A stretch of DNA of 32,000 nt from Candidatus Saccharimonadota bacterium (lineage in GTDB: Bacteria; Patescibacteriota; Saccharimonadia; Saccharimonadales; UBA4665), in NCBI GenBank assembly GCA_002952755.1, contig CP025011.1:600001-632000 (forward strand). Reading direction: 5' to 3'. A model generated the notes under the pieces. The model did not search any database. It was given only the letters and a program-made list of their open reading frames with translations, and had not been told where the DNA came from. This document shows, piece after piece, positions 23,953 through 32,000 of the stretch. A program made the position numbers and the translations under genes. Position 1 is the stretch's first letter, and each line of letters opens with the position of its first letter.

Positions 23953-24366
23953 ATGAAAATGTATCATATTGCCCTGCAGCTCAACGCCACCAATAATGCT
24001 TTTGGTGCAGCTATCGATTCAAAACTCAGGCCACTGGAGATCAATAGTGCGCAAATGCACGTATTGCTTATACTACATCGTTATCCTGAGACTACTGTCG
24101 CGCGCTTATCGCGTCTGCTAGATGTCACACCTCAGACCGTGCATCGTACGATAACAAGTCTAGAACGACGTGAACTAGTGATTCGTGGTAATAAGCCAGG
24201 TAACAAAAAAGACTTGCCCGTAACTTTGACTAACTACGGTGTGGATGTTCTTGCGCGGGGCGAACTGATTATCAAAGAGATTATGGACAGGGCACAGCGC
24301 AATTTTAGCCCAGCGGAAATGGAGCAGCTGAATGCTCTGCTAGAGCGATGTCGACAGGCTTTATAG
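23953..24366 (+). CDS. MarR family transcriptional regulator
   Basis: LEINSAQMHVLLILHRYPETTVARLSRLLDVTPQTVHRTITSLERRELVIRG...VTLTNYG is a MarR winged-helix signature. Confidence 0.85.
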   Translation: MKMYHIALQLNATNNAFGAAIDSKLRPLEINSAQMHVLLILHRYPETTVARLSRLLDVTPQTVHRTITSLERRELVIRGNKPGNKKDLPVTLTNYGVDVLARGELIIKEIMDRAQRNFSPAEMEQLNALLERCRQAL

Positions 24367-24513
24367 AATTATGCAACGTTAAATAGGGAATCTCTTATAT
24401 ATTTCTATGGATAGGCTTTTCTGCGTAGCACCTATTGAATTCCCCGCTAGGCAGGAGGGTGGGGCTGCTGGATAGATTTACTTAGTTTGCTCCGACCTAT
24501 TTTAGGCGTTTAT

Positions 24514-24590
24514 GTATCGGGAGAACTCCTTAAAACTGTTGCTTATGATGCTTGGCAATCTGAAACAATTCACAGAAAAATAGATCCGCG
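24514..24590. repeat. Dispersed 77-bp repeat, copy A
   Basis: 62 of 77 positions are identical to 30804-30880 with no gaps (hand alignment, offset 6290). The core is cttatgatgcttggcaatctgaaacaattcacagaaaaatagat. Confidence 0.75.
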
Positions 24591-24646
24591 TACTCATTGA
24601 TTTCGGGCCCTAGTGTTCATCTTGGATAGGCCTGCAGCTTACGAGA

Positions 24647-25084
24647 TTACATCGCTGGATTTTTTTGGTCCCGACCGAGCACCAAGATAAATTGAGCATC
24701 GGGATAGCTCAAGCTCAGCGTCGTATTTTCCACCCGAACCTTGCCAAACAGTGATTCTAATTCGGCGAATGTGGCGGGCTTTTTGCCATGTGAGTTGTCG
24801 ATGATGGTGGTGCTTGATTGCCAGCCGGAAGAATTGACTACCTTTATTACCTTCATACCTTTTGCCTTGAGAACTGTCTTCCATCTGGCGCCGACATCCC
24901 ATACGCCATCGCTTGATAGAAGAACGATCGTTACCCCTTCCCGTGTCGTCGAATTGTCTAAAATTTGCTGTTTGGCGCGGTGATTATGATGGTATATCGC
25001 AAAACCAATTGATACACTCCCGCCTATAAGTAATAGAGCTATAGCCAGGTATATTATCGGTCGGCGATCTCTGTGTTGCTTCAT
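24647..25084 (-). CDS. Membrane-anchored LytR_C-domain protein
   Basis: It has an N-terminal TM anchor (IIYLAIALLLIGGSVSIGFAIY). This is followed by VTIVLLSSDG...KAKGMKVIKVVNSSGWQSSTTIIDNSHGKKPATFAELESLFG, which resembles the LytR C-terminal domain pattern (V.VlNg....A......L...G..v....n......T.I.y). Confidence 0.55.
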   Translation of the reverse strand: MKQHRDRRPIIYLAIALLLIGGSVSIGFAIYHHNHRAKQQILDNSTTREGVTIVLLSSDGVWDVGARWKTVLKAKGMKVIKVVNSSGWQSSTTIIDNSHGKKPATFAELESLFGKVRVENTTLSLSYPDAQFILVLGRDQKNPAM

Positions 25085-25500
25085 GTTTGTATATTACCAC
25101 TAGAAAAGGAAATCCAGGCTTTCATGTTTTGGCGGCAGCGCGTGCTTGCTCCAGTATGTACCGTATTGTAGAGAATATGCCGTTTCCCGAACAACCTACT
25201 GTCCGTCTAGTCTATAGGTCAAATTTATAGTATATAACTACTATAATGCCTTCGTGTTGCGTGCCATCGAAGTCACAGTAAGCCACTCTTAGCGATACAA
25301 GCTGGGCTACGACGTCCGCCCAAGTTACCACTATCATCTGAAAGTGCTCCTAGGCCCGCTGAGACAGAACTATGTATAGCCCGGTTCTGTATATAGCAGG
25401 AGACGTGCTTTAGGTATTGCCAGCCAGAATTATGCAATGCCCTTGCGACGAGAAGCCAAGAGTTGGGAATAAAGAGCAGGGGCTATCCTTGCGTAATGAT

Positions 25501-26289
25501 CTAAAGTTTGCTTATGCTACTTGTCGATCCAGTTATGTAGCACCCCTTTTCAATGCCGCTGAAATATAGGTGTGCTAATGAACTTACGGAGCCATCGCGG
25601 CGCCAGATCGTCATGATGCCGATAGTCTGAAATATCGCATGATCGTTGTAACCGTAATTATCCATTGATAGTACGATATCTTGGCGTTCGCCGGTGTTGG
25701 TATCGATAAAATAGCCGAGTGCATCGTTAAAGACATAGGCGGTGTCGCTGTCGCATTCGACAGCGACGGTATCATTAGCAAAATCCTTCTGCCACAACGC
25801 TTTATCATCACGCCGGCGTATGAGGTAAACGTGGGTTGGGTGCGAGGGCTGGTTATATGCAATCTTTGTGGCCACCAGCGAAGTCGCATTTTCATTGAGG
25901 ACAATCCCTTGTGTTCCGTCGGGAAAGGTATAAGCAATTTTTGGGGGAGGATTGGTGGATTTGTATGTGCCATTGCAAGATTGGGGCAGGTTCAGCGAAG
26001 TCATAAAGAGAACGGGCATAAACGCAAATACGAGAATGAAAATGCTCAATAGCAAGCCGGAGGAAGTTAGACTAGAAAAGAGAAAAGCTCTTCTCTTTTG
26101 TCTTGCTGACCTAGCAGCGGTTATAAAGCCGCCGATGAATGGCCCGACCCCGAAGGCTAGCACTGCGAAGAAATAGAACAATGATTTTGGAGCATGCAAT
26201 ACCATCTGATACGTAATGCCTGATAGAACGCCCCACAACAAACCAACTACGATTCCGATTCTAGTGGGTGTAACGATTGGTAATCTCAT
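25501..26289 (-). CDS. Hypothetical membrane protein (3-4 TM segments plus an extracytoplasmic domain)
   Basis: AAGGAG lies 6 nt before the ATG at 26289 (MRLPIVTP..); the ORF-track start at 26322 lacks an SD. It has hydrophobic N-terminal segments followed by a ~170-aa soluble domain with no motif I recognise. Confidence 0.6.
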   Translation of the reverse strand: MRLPIVTPTRIGIVVGLLWGVLSGITYQMVLHAPKSLFYFFAVLAFGVGPFIGGFITAARSARQKRRAFLFSSLTSSGLLLSIFILVFAFMPVLFMTSLNLPQSCNGTYKSTNPPPKIAYTFPDGTQGIVLNENATSLVATKIAYNQPSHPTHVYLIRRRDDKALWQKDFANDTVAVECDSDTAYVFNDALGYFIDTNTGERQDIVLSMDNYGYNDHAIFQTIGIMTIWRRDGSVSSLAHLYFSGIEKGCYITGSTSSISKL

Positions 26290-26302
26290 CCTATGCTCCT
26301 TA

Positions 26303-26389
26303 CTACTGCCTTGGGATACCAATGGCGAGGGTCAAGCTTGCTATCACGAGGATGACGACTCCAGTTATGATCATGGTCTTTTTGCTCAT
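26303..26389 (-). CDS. Possible 28-aa single-TM micropeptide
   Basis: MSKKTMIITGVVILVIASLTLAIGIPRQ* is preceded by AAAGGA 5 nt upstream. It sits between the histidine kinase and the membrane protein on the same strand. It is below the ORF-track size cutoff and unverified. Confidence 0.3.
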   Translation of the reverse strand: MSKKTMIITGVVILVIASLTLAIGIPRQ

Positions 26390-26479
26390 ACCGTTCCTTT
26401 CGTATCACTTATGTGATGATTTAAATCTACTATCGACATAAACGATAACCTAAAGGTCTTGGAAAAGTCTGAAATATGT

Positions 26480-27346
26480 CTAGACGTGCAGCTGAAGGTC
26501 TACATGTAGCCCACGATCTGGGTTCCTTGCCAGCGTAATAGTGCTGCCATTTCTTTCTGCTAATTTTTTGGCGATCGCCAGGCCGAGCCCGCTTCCGTTC
26601 GTATTCGTAGCCTTGACTTGGTAAAATGGCTCAAAGGCTCGTGCGACATCTCTTTTACTCATGCCAACACCCTGGTCTCGGATAGAGATGATAGTGTGTG
26701 TTTTTAGCACATGGTTGGTGACCGTAATCGCGCCGCCCTCTGGACTGAATTTGATGGCATTGTCCAAGATAATTGTCAGTATATCATTGAGGTCGTCTGG
26801 ACGAAATTTGGCTTTTTGAAGTGCCAGGCTTGCGGTAATAGTAATCTGCTTCGAAGCTGCGAGGGGTCGAACGCTAGCGATGGTCTGTTCAATGATTCCT
26901 TGTACGTTAACGATCTTGGGCTGATCACCGCTTTGATCAAGGTTCAGCCGAATAAGCTGCTTTGAAAGTCGCTCCAGCTTTGAGTTTTGTGCCAAAGCGC
27001 GATCAATGAAGCTGTGCCACTCTTCGGTAGACATGGGTGGGATATCGCTTCTCGATACCTCAAGCAGGGCTCGTTGTGCGGCAATCGGCGTTTTCAGCTC
27101 GTGCGAGGCGTGCGCGATGAATTCTTCTTGGGTGGCAATGAGCTGCTGTTGTTTTCGTTGGAGCTGTCTAGTCAATGCTAGTCCACCAGCGATTAATGCA
27201 AGTGCCGAGATGGCCGCAATACCAACCAGACGCTGCGCAACATTGTTCAATCGGGCAACAGTACCGCCAAATAATAAGAACAACAATATCGGCAGTCCCA
27301 TATATTGCAGACCGAACCCAAGTGAGTGTTTCTTAGACGGTCTCAT
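26480..27346 (-). CDS. Sensor histidine kinase (two TM segments, minimal sensor loop)
   Basis: H-box FIAHASHELKTP, N-box DNAIKFSPEGG, G1 IRDQGVGM, G2 GSGLGLAIAKKLAERNG. The start overlaps the response-regulator stop (ATGA). Confidence 0.9.
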   Translation of the reverse strand: MRPSKKHSLGFGLQYMGLPILLFLLFGGTVARLNNVAQRLVGIAAISALALIAGGLALTRQLQRKQQQLIATQEEFIAHASHELKTPIAAQRALLEVSRSDIPPMSTEEWHSFIDRALAQNSKLERLSKQLIRLNLDQSGDQPKIVNVQGIIEQTIASVRPLAASKQITITASLALQKAKFRPDDLNDILTIILDNAIKFSPEGGAITVTNHVLKTHTIISIRDQGVGMSKRDVARAFEPFYQVKATNTNGSGLGLAIAKKLAERNGSTITLARNPDRGLHVDLQLHV

Positions 27347-28014
27347 TTAATGGTGTATCCCTGTCCCCAGACGGTATAAATGAGTTTTGGCTTATGAGTA
27401 AATGGCTTATCTATTTTGGCTCTTAAGTAGCTGATATAGGTCTCAACGGTCGAAGGTAGCACATCGGCCTCTTCACTCCAGACACGCTGAAGCAGTGCTT
27501 CGCGGGAATACACAAAGCCCGGATGGTGCATAAAAAGCTCAAGTAAGGCAAACTCCTTGCTGCTCAAACCGATCTCAATGCCACCCCGTATTGCCAGGCG
27601 ACGATTTCTATCAAGCAGGAGGTCACGAACCGTTAACGTTGTCGGTGCTATGTGTGTCATGCGGCGGCTAAGTGCGCGGAGACGAGCTAGTAGCTCATCG
27701 AATGCAAAGGGTTTTGTCAGGTAATCGTCGGCACCTGCATCAAGACCTGCAACGCGGTATGTGGTACTCGCTAGAGCGGTCAGGAACAATATTGGCGTTG
27801 CAATATGCTGCATTCGGAGATCTTTACATATGGTTTCGCCTGATGTATCGGGTAGCATCCAATCAAGAACGATAATGTCATGGGTGCCCGATTGTGCAGA
27901 CGCAAGGCCAGTCTCTCCACCGTTTGCAATGTCAACCGCATAGCCCACACGCTCCAAGCCCTTTTTGATCGAAGCAAGTAGTTCTTCATCATCTTCGATC
28001 AGGAGTACTTTCAT
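27343..28014 (-). CDS. OmpR/PhoB-family response regulator
   Basis: The receiver domain is MKVLLIEDDEEL...IIVLDWMLPD...KPF. The winged-helix output domain is LSSKEFALLELFMHHPGFVYSREALLQRVW...TVETYISYLRAKID...TVWGQGYTI. Confidence 0.9.
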   Translation of the reverse strand: MKVLLIEDDEELLASIKKGLERVGYAVDIANGGETGLASAQSGTHDIIVLDWMLPDTSGETICKDLRMQHIATPILFLTALASTTYRVAGLDAGADDYLTKPFAFDELLARLRALSRRMTHIAPTTLTVRDLLLDRNRRLAIRGGIEIGLSSKEFALLELFMHHPGFVYSREALLQRVWSEEADVLPSTVETYISYLRAKIDKPFTHKPKLIYTVWGQGYTIK

Positions 28015-28218
28015 ATAGGATTATTATAGCTGGCTTGTACAAACCTCATTCGCTCGCTCGTCGCTAAGTTTACACTTACACTTCGGTCTTACCGGATGCT
28101 TCATGGGTGGAAACACTATGCTCGGGTTGTTTGATGTAAAATAAAGTAGCCTAGAAACGTCTCAGTGAACAATTGGTTAAGCTGGTTACCACTGTTGGAT
28201 GGACTAGCCGGCAGGTCC

Positions 28219-28419
28219 CTAGCGTGAATTTACAAACCTCTGGCCTGATGGAGTTATGCAAACTTCTGGGTAGCTTTGCTGTACTGGATACTTGGCGGCA
28301 CAGGCCTGAAAGGTGTTTATAGATGAGGATTTTTTGTTGTCAATATATCGAGTAATACCGAACACAATGATAACCAATAATAACAAACCAGCGACTATTA
28401 TCAGAACTTTCTTGTTCAT
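28219..28419 (-). CDS. Small membrane-anchored or secreted protein with a conserved Cys pair
   Basis: It has an N-terminal TM/signal anchor MNKKVLIIVAGLLLLVIIVFGI followed by FQACAAKYPVQQSYPEVCITPSGQRFV. I recall the F.xC..xGYP..ESYP..C.TPDG..F pattern from small exported proteins of Gram-positive and CPR bacteria, but I have no family name for it. Confidence 0.55.
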   Translation of the reverse strand: MNKKVLIIVAGLLLLVIIVFGITRYIDNKKSSSINTFQACAAKYPVQQSYPEVCITPSGQRFVNSR

Positions 28420-28563
28420 GCAGGTAGTATAGCAGAGCTGAGTAGCCTGGATAGAGCAACCCCAAAGAATTTGCCTATATTTACTATTTATTCAAAATTT
28501 GAATCGGAAGGCGAAAAGCTTATTGGGCGCCTTACTTAATGCAACGAGGTGAACGAAAGGGTA

Positions 28564-29097
28564 TTATTTCTTTGATTTCGGCGTGCTGAAGGTTCTTTGT
28601 ATCCATCTATCGATGCCTGGTTCTAGTGTGTGCAGGAAAGGTAGCTCTATGCTCATCACTACCAACATAATAATGAACGAGACGAGAGCTATAAAGGGAC
28701 GAATGTGTCCGTAAGCGGCCATTCGCCAAAGCGCATATACAAACCATGGCAATGTCGCGTAGGCCGTAATGGTAGACGGAGTATAACGGCGATACTGAAT
28801 CCATTCCATACAGTGCATAACCAAATGAACAGTGAATACAGCTAGAAAGCCCCACAGAAATGAGTACCAACCGAACAACACCGATAGCAGAGTAGCTAGG
28901 GTGAAAAGTACGAAGTTTAACCCGATCATGAGCGTGGTGGCTGCGGTGGATATACCGCGCAAGGAATTGAAGGGCAATTGAGAGGCCTGCGGGTCGCCCT
29001 CACTGTGGTTGAGAAACGGCTCGATAAAAGCAATTTCTTCAAATTCGTGAAACATAATTACAGCCAGCGATAGCCAGGCGATGTCGTTGCTATGCAT
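28564..29097 (-). CDS. HXXEE domain-containing membrane protein
   Basis: It has an N-terminal MFHEFEEIAF (the H-x-x-E-E motif) and multiple TM segments. Confidence 0.7.
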   Translation of the reverse strand: MHSNDIAWLSLAVIMFHEFEEIAFIEPFLNHSEGDPQASQLPFNSLRGISTAATTLMIGLNFVLFTLATLLSVLFGWYSFLWGFLAVFTVHLVMHCMEWIQYRRYTPSTITAYATLPWFVYALWRMAAYGHIRPFIALVSFIIMLVVMSIELPFLHTLEPGIDRWIQRTFSTPKSKK

Positions 29098-29107
29098 ACG
29101 ATTTCCC

Positions 29108-30070
29108 TTAGACGTGTACCTTAACGACTAGCTTACCCTGAACTGCGCCTCCCGTTTCTAAATGCGCAAGAGCCTGCGGGAGTTGTTCGAAAGGGTAGGC
29201 ATTATCAATATTAACTCGAATCTTGCCGTCAACGACTTGCTGGGCTAATTCTGCCAGCTGTTTTGCATTTGGCTGTACCGCTACTATCTTAACCTGTACA
29301 CCTTTTGCTTTTATGGCGTCCTCAATCGTCACGAGCTCTGGGACTCGAGTGGTTACCATCAGCCCACCTGGTGCTACTACGTCGAGCGAACGCCGCATGA
29401 CTTCGCCGCCTACGGTGTCGAGCACGAGATCCATATCGTGGGCAGTATCTTCGAACTGCTGAGTTTGATAGTTAATTACCTCGTCGGCACCAAGACTCTT
29501 CACAAAAGCTACATCCTTGCTGCTCGCCGTCGCGAAGACATACGTATGGTGCTGTTTAGCGATCTGTACGGCCATATGGCCAACCCCGCCTGCTACTCCA
29601 TGGATTAAGACTCGTTGCCCCTCTTTTATATCACCCACATCTTCGAGCGCCTGCTTTGCGGCTAGGCCAACAACCGGCAGGCCAGCTGCCATATCAAAGG
29701 AAAGGCCAGCTGGCATTTTAATAACTTGATTAGCTGGTGCGGAAGCGTACTCGCCGTATCCATGCCCTGTAATTGAACCGTCCGAGCCCGGGAAATTAAT
29801 TATGCCACATACTTTATCCCCAATTTGGAGTCCCACTACGTCGGAGCCGATTTTCTCCACGATCCCGCTTACATCATTGCCGAGTATGGCAGGCAGCTTG
29901 ATGCGGTCACGTATAAAATCCCGACCCGCTATCGCGTATAGGTCGAGCGGATTAAGCCCCACGCTCATCACTTTGATAACTATTTCATGCGGTGCTGGGT
30001 CGGGTATGGGCATCGATTCGAGTTTAAGCTGATTAACACTGCCAAATTGACGTAGAACGTAAGCTTGCAT
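29108..30070 (-). CDS. NADPH:quinone oxidoreductase / zinc-type alcohol dehydrogenase (MDR) family protein
   Basis: The MDR N-terminus is EIVIKVMSVGLNPLDLY, the Rossmann motif is LIHGVAGGVGHMAVQIAKQ, and the C-terminus is GKLVVKV. Confidence 0.85.
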   Translation of the reverse strand: MQAYVLRQFGSVNQLKLESMPIPDPAPHEIVIKVMSVGLNPLDLYAIAGRDFIRDRIKLPAILGNDVSGIVEKIGSDVVGLQIGDKVCGIINFPGSDGSITGHGYGEYASAPANQVIKMPAGLSFDMAAGLPVVGLAAKQALEDVGDIKEGQRVLIHGVAGGVGHMAVQIAKQHHTYVFATASSKDVAFVKSLGADEVINYQTQQFEDTAHDMDLVLDTVGGEVMRRSLDVVAPGGLMVTTRVPELVTIEDAIKAKGVQVKIVAVQPNAKQLAELAQQVVDGKIRVNIDNAYPFEQLPQALAHLETGGAVQGKLVVKVHV

Positions 30071-30146
30071 AGCTGTCTCCTTAGATTTTTTAATGTCCGT
30101 ACAAAGTATGCTGAGCGCAAGTGCCGAGAAGATCAGATAGAGTGCA

Positions 30147-30632
30147 CTAACTTTCTAACCGCTCTTGCAAAAGAGCGATGACCCGCTTCGCGACATCAAT
30201 ATCTTCGAGAGATACACCTCGCAGAAAAGTCTCAGCATGCGCGATATGCGCTTGAAGCGCTGCCATGATACGCTCGCGGCCGGCGTTGGTCAGGCTTACG
30301 GTCGCACTCCGTTTGTCGGCTGCCGAGGTCTCGCGCTTAATCAGGCCTTGCTGTTCAAGTAGCCGAAGGCGGTGTGTCATCGTGCCAGATGTGACGCCAG
30401 CTTGACCCGCTAACTCCGTAGGCGTGCATTCATTAGCTCGGTAGAGCATAGCGAGCATGTCGTAGCTCCATGCCTCCAGGCTATAGTCGCGCAAGAGTAT
30501 GTTGCGTTTGCGGCTGAGGGTAGCGGCAGTCTGCGCTAATCGGGCAAGTAGCTCTAACTTTTCAAGCTTTAGATCGGGGTGGTTCGTCAGCCATGCAGCT
30601 TTTGCCTGTGTGAGGTAGTCTAATTTATTCAT
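30147..30632 (-). CDS. MarR family transcriptional regulator (first gene of the MarR-oxidoreductase-HXXEE operon)
   Basis: LEAWSYDMLAMLYRANECTPTELAGQAGVTSGTMTHRLRLLEQQGLIKRE...VSLTNAG. Confidence 0.85.
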   Translation of the reverse strand: MNKLDYLTQAKAAWLTNHPDLKLEKLELLARLAQTAATLSRKRNILLRDYSLEAWSYDMLAMLYRANECTPTELAGQAGVTSGTMTHRLRLLEQQGLIKRETSAADKRSATVSLTNAGRERIMAALQAHIAHAETFLRGVSLEDIDVAKRVIALLQERLES

Positions 30633-30803
30633 TTAGTACGATCTTGGTATAAACCAGATGGCATACCCTTGGCCTTTCTGGAGTGATTTTAGCAATTTTT
30701 TAGTTTGACATCAAGCTTTTATTGACGTTGCCCCCTTCCAAAAAACTCCGACGCTGAAATACTATATCTCCGTTGTGCGGTAAGGTAACCTTAAATCCGG
30801 GGA

Positions 30804-30880
30804 GTATCGAGAGGATTCCCTAAAGCTGTGGCCTATGATACTTGGCAATTTGAAGCAATTCGCAGAGAAATAGATTTGAG
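30804..30880. repeat. Dispersed 77-bp repeat, copy B
   Basis: It is 80% identical to 24514-24590. It overlaps the start of the weak ORF 30828-31079. Confidence 0.75.
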
Positions 30881-31079
30881 TGTTTGGTTATTTACTCTTG
30901 TTGGTCAATCGCGTGTGAGATTACATTACCTACCTTTAGGACAGATGCCAGTTGCCAAATTGGTGCTCAACGACATGGTGATAGGCAGCGCGAGGTACCT
31001 CTTGCGCAAAAAGGGGGTATCCTTAACGGTGGCTGGTCTTAAGGCGACCTCGGTTTCAACCGTGGATTATAACGAATAA
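30828..31079 (+). CDS. Hypothetical 83-aa ORF (weak)
   Basis: The frame is open but uses a GTG start with no clear SD. I see no recognisable motif. Its 5' end is formed by dispersed repeat copy B. Confidence 0.25.
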   Translation: MAYDTWQFEAIRREIDLSVWLFTLVGQSRVRLHYLPLGQMPVAKLVLNDMVIGSARYLLRKKGVSLTVAGLKATSVSTVDYNE

Positions 31080-31447
31080 CGACTAGCTAAAGCCGTTATT
31101 TTAAGCATAAGTGCAATGGCTGGGTGTGAGTTCGACGGAGGGAATACCCTGCTGGCTGGCTTTATACTTTTCGGTCAAAAGCTAGAAGAGTTTGGCTTTG
31201 CTATCATCAAGGCAAGACAATCGTCATCGATTTGTGAATTTAACCTTTGAGGTTTTTCTGGAGCCACGTGGCAATTACGGGGTCTAACTTTTGGACAATA
31301 ATCTTAATCGCAAAATCCTCGATCTCACCGTTATGGACAGAAAATAGCTGTCCATTAATTTCCGGCAGAGTTAGGCTAGCTGACATTGCTGTCCGTTTAT
31401 TACCGTCAACAAGAGGACGCCGCAGTTATCGTACTGGCCGCCTATTG

Positions 31448-32000
31448 CTATTCTGGGCGGTTCGGTGAAGCACTTCCGAAAGCATACGGTGTCATGACAT
31501 TGTCATAACCAATCATAAGATCCATACCCTGGGCAGCATGGATGAGATTGTGGCAGTGCGACATCCAGATACCAGGGTTATCGGCGACGAAAGCTACCTC
31601 CCAGGTGTCGCCAGGTTTCACTTGCAGGGTATCAAGCTGAAGATTACTGCCGATATCGGGTTGCCCATTATGGCTGAGAACGGTGAAATGATGGCCATGA
31701 AGGTGCATAGGATGGTCATCTACAGTACGGTTGCGGAACGTAAATTTAACAGTATCGCCTTCGTGTACCATGAGCATCTTGGTATGGGGCAAAAGTTTGT
31801 CGTTGATGGTATGGATAGGCAGGAATTGTCCATCGAAGAAGCCAATGCTGGCATCGATATTTACCACGTAGGATTTATCGAAATGGCTTGAGGTAGTCAG
31901 GGTGCCTACAGTAGGTCTGCCGTACTGTGTCATATCGAAGAGCGGAGCTTGAGGTTGTGGGGCCAAGCGACCACTAGCGCTATCACTGCCGTATACCAAG
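31448..32000 (-). CDS. Multicopper oxidase, C-terminal cupredoxin domain (5' part lies beyond the window)
   Basis: Copper-ligand motifs HPMHLHGHHF and HCHNLIHAAQGM are present. The frame is open to the window edge, so the TTG start in the ORF track is probably not real. Confidence 0.85.
   Translation of the reverse strand, partial: LVYGSDSASGRLAPQPQAPLFDMTQYGRPTVGTLTTSSHFDKSYVVNIDASIGFFDGQFLPIHTINDKLLPHTKMLMVHEGDTVKFTFRNRTVDDHPMHLHGHHFTVLSHNGQPDIGSNLQLDTLQVKPGDTWEVAFVADNPGIWMSHCHNLIHAAQGMDLMIGYDNVMTPYAFGSASPNRPE

Noticed and set aside
25212-25337. A 41-codon minus-strand ORF (..LVSLRVAYCDFDGTQHEGIIVV..) that reminded me of the N-terminal VxYxxFDGxxHxGxLVV region of M15/VanY-type peptidases.
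   Set aside because: The match is based only on a remembered short motif. No catalytic HxxxxxxD/H motif follows in any frame. It is too short to support without a BLASTX search.
24639-26052. Alternative-frame ORFs overlapping the LytR_C gene and the membrane-protein gene (24639-24902 -, 24741-24983 +, 25611-25973 -, 25681-26052 +, 25952-26176 +).
   Set aside because: They are shadow frames. The chosen frames have TM segments, SD sites and domain-like motifs, and these alternatives do not.
31240-31468. A 48-aa minus ORF (31240-31386, MSASLTLPEINGQLFSVHNGEIEDFAIKIIVQKLDPVIATWLQKNLKG) and a 73-aa plus ORF (31247-31468) in the gap before the multicopper oxidase.
   Set aside because: The two are mutually overlapping. 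Neither has a convincing SD or a recognisable family motif. This could be a gene remnant, but I cannot support a call.
1-32000. A search by eye for CRISPR arrays, tRNA/rRNA genes, IS elements, integrases, and T6SS/T7SS components linked to the Rhs gene.
   Set aside because: I saw no short regularly spaced direct repeats and no tRNA T-loop or anticodon-arm signatures in intergenic regions. I saw no transposase or integrase-like ORF and no terminal inverted repeats. I saw no PAAR, VgrG, Hcp, LXG or WXG-like sequences. Absence by eye is not proof, and tRNAscan, Infernal or ISfinder runs would settle it.

Overview
This 32-kb bacterial segment looks accessory. GC is mid-40s to about 50% by eye with sharp local shifts, and AGGAGG-type ribosome-binding sites are common. 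I found no rRNA, tRNA, CRISPR array, transposase or integrase. The taxon cannot be fixed from the sequence. A Sec signal on the giant toxin, with no T6SS or T7SS markers, suggests a monoderm or Gram-positive-type (possibly CPR-like) host. Bases 651-9405 form a polymorphic-toxin locus. It starts with a 2486-aa Sec-signal Rhs/YD-repeat protein carrying three PA14 modules and a CBM-like module interleaved with the YD shell. Its RHS core ends in a variant motif (DPINEFDLDGN) and is followed by a 157-aa tip I cannot classify (Gly/Ala-hydrophobic, then strongly basic). An AT-rich cassette follows, containing an overlapping acidic Imm8-like immunity gene, an unknown 141-aa gene, and an orphan toxin tip. 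The orphan tip is divergent and is fused in frame to a 169-bp perfect duplicate of the immunity gene. This locus is my best candidate for something new. The remaining ~22 kb is a patchwork of small regulator-effector modules that look like thiol, electrophile or xenobiotic stress functions. It holds three paralogous Cys-bearing HxlR regulators, each divergent from YciI-like, VOC plus alpha/beta-hydrolase, or MBL-hydrolase plus MFS genes. It also holds two MarR modules (DUF998; quinone oxidoreductase plus HXXEE protein) with strong palindromic operators. Other genes include an SGNH hydrolase with an intragenic GC break and an aspartoacylase-like deacylase. A secreted PIG-L/LmbE deacetylase is fused to a seven-blade lectin-like propeller. 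An OmpR-type two-component operon has trailing membrane genes, and there is a LytR_C protein and a partial multicopper oxidase at the right edge. Several gene remnants (Lrp/AsnC, CsaA-like, 5'-truncated MFS) and an ~80% identical 77-bp dispersed repeat point to ongoing rearrangement and decay.
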